A DNA stretch of 64,000 nucleotides from an uncultured Candidatus Rokubacteria bacterium. Lineage in GTDB: Bacteria; Methylomirabilota; Methylomirabilia; Rokubacteriales; DASRDR01. How positions within the stretch are numbered: position 1 is the stretch's first letter; each line of letters opens with the position of its first letter. The position numbers and the translations under genes are program-made. Shown here piece by piece: positions 43,866 through 54,844 of this stretch. The stretch spans positions 192,001 to 256,000 of the forward strand of contig CAWGVS010000010.1 in assembly GCA_963826115.1 (NCBI GenBank). Direction: 5' to 3'. The notes beneath the pieces are model-generated. The model did no database searches. It saw only the letters and a program-made list of their open reading frames with translations, and was not told the origin of the DNA.

Positions 43866-46800
43866 TCAGGGAGGCGGGTCCAGGATCCAGACGACGACGG
43901 ACGACGGGCTGCCGAGGGCAGCCTGCCCACCCGCGTCGTGGAGGGTTACCCGGAACGCGCGCGGTCCCGGCGCGCCGTCGCGCGGTAACAGGGCGATCTC
44001 CACCGTGCGGCTGGGCGTGCCCGAGTCGAACGTGAGCGTCGTCGGCGGCAGCGCGGCGTAGTCCACGTCCACCAGCGCGTCCGCGCCGGGGGTGGCGTCG
44101 TCGCCGTCGTGCGCCGTCACGCCGACCGTGACGGCGCTCGCCGCGCCTCCCGTTCGGGTCACGGTGAGGACGATGGTGCCTCCTGCGACGCCGCTCGCGT
44201 CGGTGACGCTCCACCGGAGCGTGCCGGCCACGTCGTTGTCCGTGAAGCTCACCGTCGCGATGGACGGGGTGGTAAGGGTGGCGCCGGACGGGCTCTGCAG
44301 GGCAAGTCCGAAGCTCTCCGTTCCCTCGGCCCGGGTGTCGGGGCAGAGCGTCACCGGCACCGTCTTGGACCCCTGGCCGGCCGGGATGGTGACGGGGATC
44401 ACCGCGCTCGAGAAGTCCGCGCCGCCCACGCCGCACGCGCCGCCGGTCGCGGAGCTGATCTGCTGGGGCACCAGGTTGACCGACACCGCCGCCGTCGTGG
44501 GACCCGAGCGCAACACGGTGACGTTGAAGCTCGCGCTCGCCTCTCCCACCACGTAGGTGGCGCTGTTGAGCCGGAGCTTCGGCTCGTTGTCGTTGATCGT
44601 CAGGGTGGCCTGGCTGGGGTTGCCGAGCGAGGCGAGGCCGACCGGCAGCGGGTCCGAGAGCTCAACGACGACCGTCCGCGGGCCATCCGCCGCCGACGTG
44701 TTCACGAGCGGGATCGTGATGGTCTGGCTGGTCTCCCCGGACGCGAACGGGATGTCGCCCTCGGTCGGACCCGTGTAGTCCGTGCCGTGGACCGCCGAGC
44801 CCCCGATGATCGCCCAGTGCACCGTGACGCCGCCGCCGCTCCCCGTCCGGGTCACGATGAGGGTCCCGTTCTGGCCCTCCGTACCGGCGTACGTCGCGCT
44901 CGAGAACCGGACCGCACCCGCAACATCGTTCTCGGTGATGGTGAGGACGGCGGAGGCCCCCGGAGGCCCGACGACGGCGGGGCCGCTCACCACGGCGAGC
45001 GTGAGCGTCAGATCCTCGTTGCCCTCCACCCCGCCGTCGCCGCAGAGCGGGACGCTGAACGTCTTGCTGGTCTGCCCGGGGCTGAACGTCAGCGTGCCGC
45101 TGACAGGCCGGTAGTCCGCGCCGGGCGCGCAAGCTCCCGATGTCGGGGCCGGTGTCGCGGAGCCGGGCGGCCCGGCGGCGTAGCCCACCGTCACGGCGTA
45201 CGTCGCCACCCCGCTCCGTGTGACGGTGACGGTCTTGCTCCCGCTGCCCTCGCTCACGGTCAAGGGGAGACCCGAGAACTGGACGGTCCCCTCCACGAGT
45301 GTCAGCGTCGTCGCCGTTATCGAGCCGAGGGCCCAGCCCGTGCTCGGGTTCCCGAGGGCGAGCTCCACGGTTTCGGACGGCGTCTCGAGCACGCCGTCGA
45401 AGCTGACGGCGAGCGTGAGGGGCAGCGTGGGCGTCGACTGTCCGGGCGCGAACGTCAGGGTGCCGCTCGGCGCCGACACGTAGTCGATGCCCCCGCCGGC
45501 CACGTCTCCCCGGGTCGCGCTGCCGCCGGTGATGGTCCAGTCGATCGTGGCCGCCTCGCCGAGATTCCCCGTTCGCGTCACGGGGATCGTCACGCTCGCG
45601 TTCGCCTCGGCCGCGTTGAGGACCGGCGCGGAGAACTGGATCGTTCCCTTGCGGTCGCTGTCGACCACGACGAGGGTCGCCTTCTTGATGGTCCCTAGCA
45701 CGCCGCCGGGCGTCGGCGTCCCGAGCCCGAGGACCACGGTCTCGTTGGGCTCCACCTCCGGGTCGCTCACGATCGTGGCCTGGATCGTCTTGGTCAGGAC
45801 ATTCGGGCCGAAGCTGAGCGTGCCCGACGGCGCGATCCAGACGTCGACGCTCGGGGTGCCGGTCACCCCGGTGCTGGCGGTGCCGCCGGTGATGCTCCAC
45901 GGGACCTCCACGGTCCCCCCGGCGCCGCCGGTGCGCGCGACGGTGATGGTCACGTTGACGTTGCCGGTCGCGCCCTCGGTTCCCGTGTAGGTCGCGCTGG
46001 TGAACTGGAAGGTCCCCGCGGTGTCGTTGTCGGCGACCCCGATGGTCGTCATGCTCGGATCGCCCAGCGTGCCGGCGGAGGGGCTCGAGAGCTTGAGCTT
46101 CACGGTCCGGAGCCCGTCCAGCATCACGTCGTTCTTCAGCGGCACGGTGAACACCCTCGACGTCTGGTTTGCCGCGAAGGACAGGATCGTCGTGGTGGGC
46201 ATGTAGTCGGTGCCGGCGGCCGCAGTCCCGGCCTGGACGTCGGGTACGTCGACGGTGCCGACGGTGACGCTCGCGGCGGCCTGGGCCGGGCCGGTGCGGA
46301 GCACGGTGACCGTCTGGCTCCCGCTGATCTCGTTCGTCGCGTAGGCGGCCTTGTCGAACCGGAAGCCGACCTCGTCGTCGAGCAGCGTCAGCTTGAGGAC
46401 CTTCGCGGATCCGAGGGCCGCGCCGCCCGTCTGGTTGCTGAGGGTGACCTCGATCGTCCGGCTCCCGTGTGGGCCGGCGGGGTTGAGGAGCGAGATCGTG
46501 ACGGGGACGACCGGGACGCCGCTGTTGGCCGCGAACTGGACGGGGCCGGTCGTGGCCCCGGTGTAGTCCACGCCGAATACGGCGTTGCCGCCCGTGATGG
46601 TCCACGTCGCGCCGACGGGGCCGGCCGCGCCGCCGGTCCGGACGGCGTTGAGCGTGACCGTCGGGGCGCTCTCGAGCACGCTGACATTCGCGGGACTCCA
46701 CTGGATGGTTCCGCCGACGTCGTTGTTGCCGATGGTGATCGTGGCGGTGGCGGGGCTGCCGATGCCCGACAGTCCGACCGGCCCGGCGTCCTGGAGCGCG

Positions 46801-49463
46801 AGCTGGATGGTGCGCACCGCCTCGACGGTGGCGTTGCTGGCCGTGAGCGAGACGAACACGGTCTGGCTCGAAATGTCGGCGGGGAAGGAGACGACCTGGT
46901 TGATCGGCACGTAGTCGACGTTCGGTGTCGCGGTGCCCGCGCCGGTCGAGACGACGCGGACCTTGCCATTCCCCGCCGCGCCGTTGCTCCGGGTCACGAC
47001 GACGGCCACGGTGGTCGCCGCCTCGCTGACGTTGTACGTCGACGCGCCGAACCGGAACGTGCCGCCCGCGTCGTTGTCGACGATCGTGAGCACGGCGGTC
47101 TGCCGGGGACCGAGGATCGCGCCGACCGTGGGGCTCGAGAGCTGCAGGAGCACCGTCTCCGGCCCCTCGGCCAGCTTGTCGTTGACGGTGGGGATCGTGA
47201 ACGTGCGCGAGGTCTGGTTCGCCGCGAACGCGAGCGGCGCCGTGGAGAGGCCGCCGTAGTCGGCGCCTGGCGTCGCCGACCCCGGCAGGACGGTGTACGT
47301 CACGCCCACCGGGTACTGCGCGGGCCCGCTGCGCGTCACGGTGATCGTGGCGCTTCCGCCCTCGCCGGCGCTGTAGCTGGCCTGGCTGAACTGGAGGGCG
47401 ATCTCGTCGTCGACGATGGTCAGCACCGCGGTCTTCTGGCCACCCAGCGTGCCTCCACCCCCGGCAGCGCTGAGCGTCAGGTTCACGGTGCGGTTACCGT
47501 CGACGGCGCCGTTGTTGACGATGGGCACGGTGAAGGTCTGCGTCGTCGCGCCCGGGCCGCTCGGATCGAAGGTCAGGGTGCCGCTCTCGGTCTGGTAGTC
47601 GCCCGGAGCGTGTGCGCTTCCGTCGGACGTCGCGTAGTGGACGGTGACGCCGCCGGCGCTGCCGCCGGTGCGCTTGACCGTGATGGTTGCAATACCCGTG
47701 CCCTCGAGGACGCTGAAGGTGCTCGCGCTGAACTGGATCGACCCCGCCACGTCGTTGTCGTTGATGTTGAGCGTCGGCAGTGTCCCGGGTGCCGAGCAGC
47801 CCGCCCCCGCCCGGGTTCGACAGCGTCAGCGTAGACCTTCCGCTGACCGTCGGCTGTCGTGTCGTTGCCGATCGGCACGGTGAAGGTCTTGGAGGTTTCG
47901 CCGTCGCTGAACGTGAGGGTGTCGGCGACGTCGGTGTAGTCCGAGCCCGGGACGGCGCCGCTGGGACTCCCCGGGCTCGTCGCGTAGTCCACGGTGACAG
48001 CCCCGGAACTCGCGCCGGAGCGGGTCACGGTGATGGTGGCCGACGACGCGCCCTCGGTGACGTTGTAGACGCTCGCGCTGAACTGGAGGACCGTGAAGGC
48101 GATGCGCGAGGTCGTGACATCGTTGACATCGGTGATCGGCTTGCCTGTGTTCTGGAGACCCGCCAGGATCTCGTCGACGGAGGCGTCAGGATTCGCCTGC
48201 TTCATAACGGCCCACGCGCCGGCCACGTGTGGCGTGGCCATCGATGTGCCTTGCAAGGTGTTGAACCCACCGCCGGGGACCGATGAGTGATCCACTGGCC
48301 CGGCGCGAGAAGAGACAGGAAGTATGCGCTGTTTGAGAAAAGGGACACCGCGTCGGCCGGCGTACCACCGGACCCGGATCCGTCCTTGGTTGCTCCGACG
48401 CTGATGGCGCCAGAGATGCAGGCCGGGAACGACATGCTGTCGATCCATCCGTTGTTGCCGGAGGCGACGACGGTAGCCACGCCGGCGCTCCGAAGGTTCG
48501 CGATCGCGGCCGTGATCATGGGGTTCTCCGAGTCGCACGGATCGAAGAACCTGTCGCCGCCGAGGCTCAGGTTGGCGGCAGCGATGGAAAGGGTCGCGCT
48601 CAGTTCGAGCACGCGCTCGAGCCCGTGGGCGATGTCCATGTCCCAGGCGCGTGCGCACGGGTTCCCGCTGCACGTCGAGAGAGAGAGACGCGGATGGCCG
48701 CCAGGCTGGCCCCCCGGGCAATCCCGTCGAAGTCCGACCCATTGCCCGCGGCGATCCCCGCGACGTGCGTGCCGTGATAGCAGTCGGGCGCGAACGTGCA
48801 CGGCACCCCGGCGCCGTCGCTGGTGTCGGTGTCGAGCCCGTTCGGGCAGGTGGAGAGGGGCGAGGAGTCGTAACACGCTTCCGCGACGACCTTGCCCGCC
48901 AGGAACGGATGGATCTTGTCCACTCCGGTATCGAGGACGGCGATCACCTGGCCGGTGCCGTCCCATCCGGCATTCCACGCATCGGGAGCGTTGACGAGTG
49001 GTGCACTCTGCGCGAGTGTCGGGGCATACGACTTTGACTCGTAAACACGGGTGACCAAACCGGGTAGGGCGTCGAGCATCCTCAGCGTGTCGTGGTCGAC
49101 TTCGAGCCCCATGTAGGGAATTGTCTTGAGTTCCCGGAGCACGCGGTGACGGAGGCCGCGCAGTGCGCTACGCAGCGCGGACCTGTCCGCGGCGATCCGC
49201 CCCCGCTGGGCGGCGATGGCACTCGGGCTGGTGAGACGGTGCTCGGGTTCGACACGGGCTCCACCGAGCTCCACGATCACTTGCACGGAACCCTCGACCC
49301 ACGCCTTCTGGAGAAGCTCGGAGGGCACGGGATGCGACACGCGAGTCTGGCTCAGGGCCGGTGCGGGAAGAAGGCCGAAAGCGGCGACGAGTAGGTGCAG
49401 CACGATGGTATGGCACCGTCGGGTGCCCACTCCCCACGCGCCAGGAATCACCGACAGGATCAC
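43866..49463 (-). CDS. Giant secreted S8 subtilase with propeptide and 12 Calx-beta repeats (~1,860 aa; four apparent 1-bp indels)
   Basis: Signal + propeptide + AVLDTG, HGTHVAG (48600-49463 frame); ASGNNG (48202 frame); GTSMATPHVAG (47573 frame); repeats QFS..Y.V.EG...ITVTR...DY..GTLTF..G.T.KT..V. Frame breaks near 48687, 48287, 47833 and 47775. Confidence 0.85.
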
Positions 49464-49891
49464 GGAGACCCTGGAGCTAGCGGCGCCCTTAGCTTGTCCT
49501 CGCGGATGCCGGCGACGCCCCGCGACACGGTGAGGCTCCTGAGCGCATCCGCAGAGACCTCGAGCCCGAGGAACGGGATCGTCGTGAATCGCCGGAGCAC
49601 GCGATGGCGCGTGCCGGCGAGCTCCTGGAGCACGAGGTCCTGGGCGGCGGCGATCGCCTCGCGGCTTGGGCTCGGGTCGGTCTTGAGCTCCACGATCACG
49701 CGGATCGAGCCCTCCCGGGTTGCCTTGGCGATCAGGTCATCGATGGAGGGGGGGACCACCTGCGCCGCGGTCGGTCCGGCCAGGAGCACCAGTCCGAACA
49801 GGAGGGCGGGGCTCGGCCAGGGGCCGGCCCCTCGGGCCCAGCGTTGGTCGTGGGGGCGAGCGTTTCGTGCCGCGGCTGATCGAGTAATCAT
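49460..49891 (-). CDS. Secreted stand-alone subtilisin propeptide / inhibitor I9-like protein
   Basis: Signal peptide, then KATREGSIRVIVEL...RHRVLRRFTTIPFLGLEVSADALRSL, matching the downstream protease's own prodomain. GTGA overlap with protease start. Start uncertain. Confidence 0.72.
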   Translation of the reverse strand: MITRSAAARNARPHDQRWARGAGPWPSPALLFGLVLLAGPTAAQVVPPSIDDLIAKATREGSIRVIVELKTDPSPSREAIAAAQDLVLQELAGTRHRVLRRFTTIPFLGLEVSADALRSLTVSRGVAGIREDKLRAPLAPGSP

Positions 49892-49906
49892 CAGGCATTG
49901 ACGCGG

Positions 49907-50017
49907 TGCAGCAACGGTGCCAAGTTGGTGGGCATCTAAATATTTGAAAAGACACGCCAAATTATGATACACGCCGCACCCAATTCGGGTGCAGGGACAA
50001 TATCCGCAGAAATCTGC
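49907..50017 (-). promoter_or_regulatory. Sigma54 promoter with IHF-like site and candidate enhancer palindromes
   Basis: Minus strand TGGCACCGTTGCTGCA (49922-49907, GG-N10-GC); TTTCAAATATTTA (49949-49937) near IHF consensus; inverted repeats GCACCC-N5-GGGTGC (49976-49992) and GCAGA-AA-TCTGC (50006-50017). Confidence 0.55.
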
Positions 50018-50225
50018 CCCAACTCCGTCAGCGTGACCCGGCGAGGTCGATTGTGAACGAGCCCGAGGCGATGGGTCGACGGCCACCGCACTCACCGGCG
50101 CACAGCTTCCGGTCTCGCGCTTCGACCACGCTGGGCGGCACGCTACTCGATCGCCTCGACGCGGTCAACTTTCGATCTCCAGGACGTGGCTCGGGAGTGG
50201 TCCCGCCCCAGGCGACAGGGCGCCC

Positions 50226-50255
50226 TTGACAGGGTCCTCGCCACGCCCCGAGAAT
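50226..50255 (+). promoter_or_regulatory. Putative sigma70-type promoter
   Basis: TTGACA-N18-GAGAAT upstream of the SBP gene. Confidence 0.45.
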
Positions 50256-50363
50256 CACGCCGTCACGGGGACGATGGTCGCGCCACGGCCGGGCGTCGGT
50301 GCCCCGCGCCAGCGCCGACCCACCACATCCGACTCGACGGCCGACTCGACCGGGAGGGACGCC

Positions 50364-51659
50364 ATGAGACGACTGGATCGCCGGACCTTCCTCAAGGGCG
50401 CGGGAATGCTCGGAGCCTCGACGGCGCTCGCCGGAGCGGTCGCCCGGCCCGCGCGGGCCGACAAGCCCATCAACTTCAGCGGCTGGGTCTTCAAGCCGGA
50501 CACCGTCAAGGACTACGTCGACTACTTCAACCAGAAGCACGCCGGCCAGGTGAAGTACGAGGCGATCCCGTGGGCCCAGTACCACCCCACGATGGAGACG
50601 CGCACCTTCGCGGGCGAGATCGTGGACGTGATGTACTGCGCGCACAACTTCCGCGAGCGCTGGAACGAGAACGGGCTCCTCCGGAAGGTCGACGACCTGC
50701 CGGGGATGGACGAGCTCAAGAAGAAGATGACGCCGGCCAACCTGGAGAGCCTGAAGAACAAGGACGGCTCGCTCTCCTCGGTCCCGTACTTCACGAGCCT
50801 GTTCATCCTGATCTACAACGAGCCGATGCTCCAGCAGGCCGGGATCAAGGCGCCCGCCAAGACCTGGGACGAGCTGATGGACCACTCCATGAAGCTCAAG
50901 AAGGACAAGGTCAGCGAGACGCCCTACCTGCCGAACTGGAACAACAGCCCGTCGGGGACGATGCCCCAGTTCATGAGCGACTGCTTCTCGGAAGGGGCGA
51001 ACGTCTTCGACGCGAAGAACCAGGTGATCGTCGACCAGGAGCCGGCGGCCGCCCGCGCCATGGAGCGCTGGCAGAAGGCATGGAAGGCCGAGCTGGTGAA
51101 CCCCGAGGTCCTCACCAAGACCTCGTCGACCGACACGCACCGCCTCTTCTGGAGCGGCCGGTACGCGTACACCACGACCCACTCCTACTACCTGAAGTCG
51201 AGCGCCGGCGAGCCCGAGAACTCGAAGCTCGCGCCGAAGAAGGCCAAGATGGCGATGTACCCGGGCACCGGCCAGAGCTACATGTGGACGGACGGGTACA
51301 CGATCAACGCGAAGACGAAGAACCTGGAGGAATCCTGGAAGCTCGCCCGGTTCCTCGGCGGGAACCTGAACGGCGACTGGTACGTCCAGCGGCAGTGGTG
51401 CCTGCTCGCCGGCCTGGACAACCCGTACCCCGAGATGTACGACCATCCCGAGATCGTGAAGTCCTACGACAACTGGGTCGACCTGAAGCTCCTGAAGGCG
51501 CAGTATCAGAAGGGCAAGGTCATCGCGGCCTACAAGGAGCCGTGGTACGGCGAGTACGACACGAAGTCGATCGCCATCGTGCAGAACATCATCCGCGGCG
51601 CCCTGACGGTGCCGCAGGGCCTGAAGGACCTGGCGAAGCTCCAGAAGTCGCTGGCGTAA
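50364..51659 (+). CDS. Sugar-type ABC substrate-binding protein, Tat-exported
   Basis: DRRTFLKG Tat signal; LIYNEPMLQQAGIKAPAKTWDEL; adjacent CUT1 permeases. Confidence 0.88.
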   Translation: MRRLDRRTFLKGAGMLGASTALAGAVARPARADKPINFSGWVFKPDTVKDYVDYFNQKHAGQVKYEAIPWAQYHPTMETRTFAGEIVDVMYCAHNFRERWNENGLLRKVDDLPGMDELKKKMTPANLESLKNKDGSLSSVPYFTSLFILIYNEPMLQQAGIKAPAKTWDELMDHSMKLKKDKVSETPYLPNWNNSPSGTMPQFMSDCFSEGANVFDAKNQVIVDQEPAAARAMERWQKAWKAELVNPEVLTKTSSTDTHRLFWSGRYAYTTTHSYYLKSSAGEPENSKLAPKKAKMAMYPGTGQSYMWTDGYTINAKTKNLEESWKLARFLGGNLNGDWYVQRQWCLLAGLDNPYPEMYDHPEIVKSYDNWVDLKLLKAQYQKGKVIAAYKEPWYGEYDTKSIAIVQNIIRGALTVPQGLKDLAKLQKSLA

Positions 51660-51686
51660 GGCTCGCGCCGGGTAGCGAGCGCGGGC

Positions 51687-52691
51687 ATGTGCGCCGAGGG
51701 CGCGGGGGCGCCCGGAGCCCTCAGCATCGAGAGGACCGGCCGGAGGCGGACGCGCGCCTTCCTCCGGCCGGCCGCTCTCTCGGAAGCGGCGTTCGCCTGG
51801 CTCCTCATCGTTCCCGCCGTTCTCGGCATCCTCCTCGTCGTCGTCTTCCCGCTCGTCTACTCGTTCTGGATGAGCTTCACCGAGGTCAACCTCCTCCGGG
51901 CCACCGGGCCCGCCATCGAGCTGTTCGGGGTGCGGCTGCCGCTGTTCCGGTTCGTGGGTCTCGATAACTACGCGCGGACATTCGCCGATCCCGTGTACTG
52001 GAGCTCGCTCTGGCGCACCCTCTACTTCGTTGCGGCGTTCGTGCTCGAGGCCACGCTGGTCGGCCTCGCGATGGCGCTCGTCCTCCACGAGCGCTTCGCG
52101 GGCCGCCCGCTGATGCGGAGCCTCCTCCTCGTCCCCTGGTCGCTCTCGCGCGTGGTCGTGGGGCTCCTGTGGGTCGGGCTCCTCGACTTCGAGTTCGGGG
52201 CGCTGAACGGCGTCCTCCACCGGCTGGGTCTCATCGACGGCTACATCTCGTTTTTCAAGGAAGGCTTCCGGGCGCTCAACGTGCTCGTCTCGGTCTACAT
52301 GTGGAACCAGGCGCCCTTCGCCACGCTCCTGTTCCTGGCGGGCATGCAGTCGATCCCCGACGAGCTCTACATGGCGGCGGCGGTGGACGGGGCCGGCTAC
52401 TGGCGGCGGCTCTGGTACGTGACGCTGCCGGCGCTCCGGCCTATCCTGTTCCTGATCCTGGTGCTCAGCACCGTGAACGGCTTCCTCATGCTCGACCTGA
52501 TCTACGTCCTGACGATGGGCGGGCCCGGCCAGGAGACGACGACGATCTCGTGGCTCGGGTTCCAGACCGCCTTCAGCTTCTTCAAGTTCGGCCCGGGCAC
52601 GGCGATCCTCTACACGCTGACCGCGCTGTGCCTCCTCCTGACCTTCGTGTACCGCTGGCTGGTGCTCCGCCGGTTCGAGGCCGAGGCCTGA
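51687..52691 (+). CDS. Sugar ABC permease (MalF-like)
   Basis: FVGLDNY, LAGMQSIPDELYMAAAVDGA, LTMGGPG. Confidence 0.9.
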   Translation: MCAEGAGAPGALSIERTGRRRTRAFLRPAALSEAAFAWLLIVPAVLGILLVVVFPLVYSFWMSFTEVNLLRATGPAIELFGVRLPLFRFVGLDNYARTFADPVYWSSLWRTLYFVAAFVLEATLVGLAMALVLHERFAGRPLMRSLLLVPWSLSRVVVGLLWVGLLDFEFGALNGVLHRLGLIDGYISFFKEGFRALNVLVSVYMWNQAPFATLLFLAGMQSIPDELYMAAAVDGAGYWRRLWYVTLPALRPILFLILVLSTVNGFLMLDLIYVLTMGGPGQETTTISWLGFQTAFSFFKFGPGTAILYTLTALCLLLTFVYRWLVLRRFEAEA

Positions 52692-53566
52692 TGGGCGGGA
52701 CGATCGTCGGCGAGCGCGGCGTGGCCCGCCGGGTCCTGGTCTACGGCCTGGTGGCCGCGGTGGCGCTCTGGCTCGTCGGCCCCTTCGTGTGGCTCTTCGT
52801 CACCAGCGTCTCGTACCAGAGGAACCTGCTCGCGCGGCCCTTCTCGTTCATTCCCCCCGAGATCACCTTCGACAACTACCGGATGATCTTCGGGCTGGTG
52901 CGGTTCCACGCCGAGGGGCAGGCGGCGAAGATCCTGCCCTCGATGCTGAACACGATGATCGTGGCCACGGTCGTGACGGCGCTGAACCTCGTCATCGGCA
53001 CCACCGCCGGGTACGCGTACGCGCGGTTCCGGTTCCCGCTGAAGGGCCTGTCGCTCTACGGGCTCCTCTTCACGCGGATGCTGCCCACGATCGTGCTGAT
53101 CCCGGCGTTCTTCCTCATGTTCCGCGCGCTGGGACTCCAGAACTCCCTGACGGGGCTCACGGTGGCGTATTGCGCGTTCACGCTCCCGTTCACGATCTGG
53201 ATCATGAAGGCGTACTTCGAGACGATCCCGGCCGAGCTCGACCGGAGCGCCCTGGTCGACGGCTGCAATCGCCTCCAGGCCTACTACCGGGTCGTCCTGC
53301 CGGTGTCGGGGCCGGGCCTCGTGGCGGGCGGCGCCTTCACCTTCATGTTGTGCTGGAACGAGTTCCTGGTGGCGCTGGTGCTCAACACGAAGCCCGGCAC
53401 CACGACGCTGCCGCCCGTCATCGCGGCGATGAACGCCCAGATCAACATCGACTACTCGGTCATCGCGGCCTCGGGCTTTCTCGGCGCGCTGCCGGCGGTG
53501 CTCCTGGTGCTGATCTTCCAGCGCTACCTGGTCCAGGGCCTGACCGCAGGCTCGGTCAAGGGCTAG
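52691..53566 (+). CDS. Sugar ABC permease (MalG-like)
   Basis: IPAELDRSALVDGC, WNEFL, QRYLVQGLTAGSVKG. Confidence 0.92.
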   Translation: MGGTIVGERGVARRVLVYGLVAAVALWLVGPFVWLFVTSVSYQRNLLARPFSFIPPEITFDNYRMIFGLVRFHAEGQAAKILPSMLNTMIVATVVTALNLVIGTTAGYAYARFRFPLKGLSLYGLLFTRMLPTIVLIPAFFLMFRALGLQNSLTGLTVAYCAFTLPFTIWIMKAYFETIPAELDRSALVDGCNRLQAYYRVVLPVSGPGLVAGGAFTFMLCWNEFLVALVLNTKPGTTTLPPVIAAMNAQINIDYSVIAASGFLGALPAVLLVLIFQRYLVQGLTAGSVKG

Positions 53567-53753
53567 CCGCCCGGGCCGCGGGCAGCACTGCGGCGCCCAC
53601 TCCATCGAGTGATCGGGGACCCACCGCCGGCGGCGATGCGTTGCTGGTCGCCCGTCTCCGGTCGTAGGCGGGACGGGCACAGGGGCTCGCGCGGGCCGGT
53701 TCGGTGGCGTTCGCCCCGCCGGCCCGCGCGGTGGCCTCGACCTGCCGAGCGTC

Positions 53754-54548
53754 CTACTTCTTGAAGGCGTCCTGGAAGAACTTCGCCGCCTCGGCCTTGG
53801 ACTCCTTGTCGACCTCGGCGTTGTAGGCGAGCGGGAGGTTGAACTTCTTGCCGGCCTCGGTCGCCTCCGGATTCGTGAAGGCGTGCACCGCCCCGGGGTA
53901 GTTGATGAACTGGTAGCTCACCTTCGCGGCGTCCATCTCCTTCTTGAAGCTCTCGATCTGCTCCGGCTTCACGAACGGGTCGTCCGCGCCGTTCAGCACC
54001 AGGACCTTGGCCTTGACCGTGCCCGGCGCCGGCGCCGGCGTGTTGGCTCCGAGGGACCCGTGAAACGTGGCCACGCCCACGAGGTCGGCTCCGGTGCGCG
54101 CCATGTTGAGCACGACCGCGCCCCCGAAGCAGTAGCCGGCGGCGCCGATGCGGCTCGGATCCACCGTCGCGTGCTTCGCGAGGGTCTCGCGCGCGGCGTT
54201 GAAGCGGGACTGCATCGCCTTCGGATCCTTCATGACCCCGCCCGACAGCGCGCCCGCGTCCTTGGGATTGTCCGCGGTCTTCCCGTCGCCATACATGTCG
54301 GCGATGAATGCCGTGTAGCCCTGCGCGGCGAACTTGCCAGCCTCGCCGTGCACGTGCTTCGTGATGCCCCACCATTCGTGCACGAGGACGATTCCGGGCC
54401 GCTTGCCCGCGACGGCGTCGTCGTAGACGATGAACCCCTTCATCTCCGTGGCGCCGTCCTTGTACGTCACCGGCTCCTCGCGGATCGCGGCGAACGCCGG
54501 GACGGCGAAGGACAGCACGAACAGAGCGCTCGCTACCAGCCTCTTCAT
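53754..54548 (-). CDS. Dienelactone hydrolase family protein, secreted
   Basis: Signal peptide; VHEWWG, GYCFGG, GADDP, HAFTNP. Confidence 0.92.
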   Translation of the reverse strand: MKRLVASALFVLSFAVPAFAAIREEPVTYKDGATEMKGFIVYDDAVAGKRPGIVLVHEWWGITKHVHGEAGKFAAQGYTAFIADMYGDGKTADNPKDAGALSGGVMKDPKAMQSRFNAARETLAKHATVDPSRIGAAGYCFGGAVVLNMARTGADLVGVATFHGSLGANTPAPAPGTVKAKVLVLNGADDPFVKPEQIESFKKEMDAAKVSYQFINYPGAVHAFTNPEATEAGKKFNLPLAYNAEVDKESKAEAAKFFQDAFKK

Positions 54549-54844
54549 GGGAATCTCCTTTCGGTGATGCTCGGCGGTCCGGAGCCACCGGCGCTCCTCG
54601 CCGGCGTCCCCGGGTGACCCGTGGCCGATCTCTGCCTACGAGTGTAGCGCGCCCGCCACCACCCGCGACGGCCTCTCCGGGACGTGTTCCTGCGCTGCGT
54701 GAATCTGGGCGCGCGGCTCGACTGCGGGCAGCGCGGGCTGTTCGGGAGACGCGTTGCTGGGCGCCTCGTCGCGGTATAGATTTGCCAGTGCGGCGGTCGA
54801 CTGACCGCGCGGAGACCACCGGACGGAAAGAGAGGAACGAGGGC

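Noticed and set aside
43866-48100. Repetitive region considered as a CRISPR array or DNA tandem repeat
   Set aside because: Repeats are ~110-aa protein domains divergent at DNA level; no identical short repeats with spacers and no cas genes.
49960-50100. Possible c-di-GMP or other riboswitch upstream of the protease
   Set aside because: I could not find the GEMM GCAAA/GNRA-tetraloop-receptor features. The short palindromes fit DNA-binding sites better. An Rfam scan would settle it.
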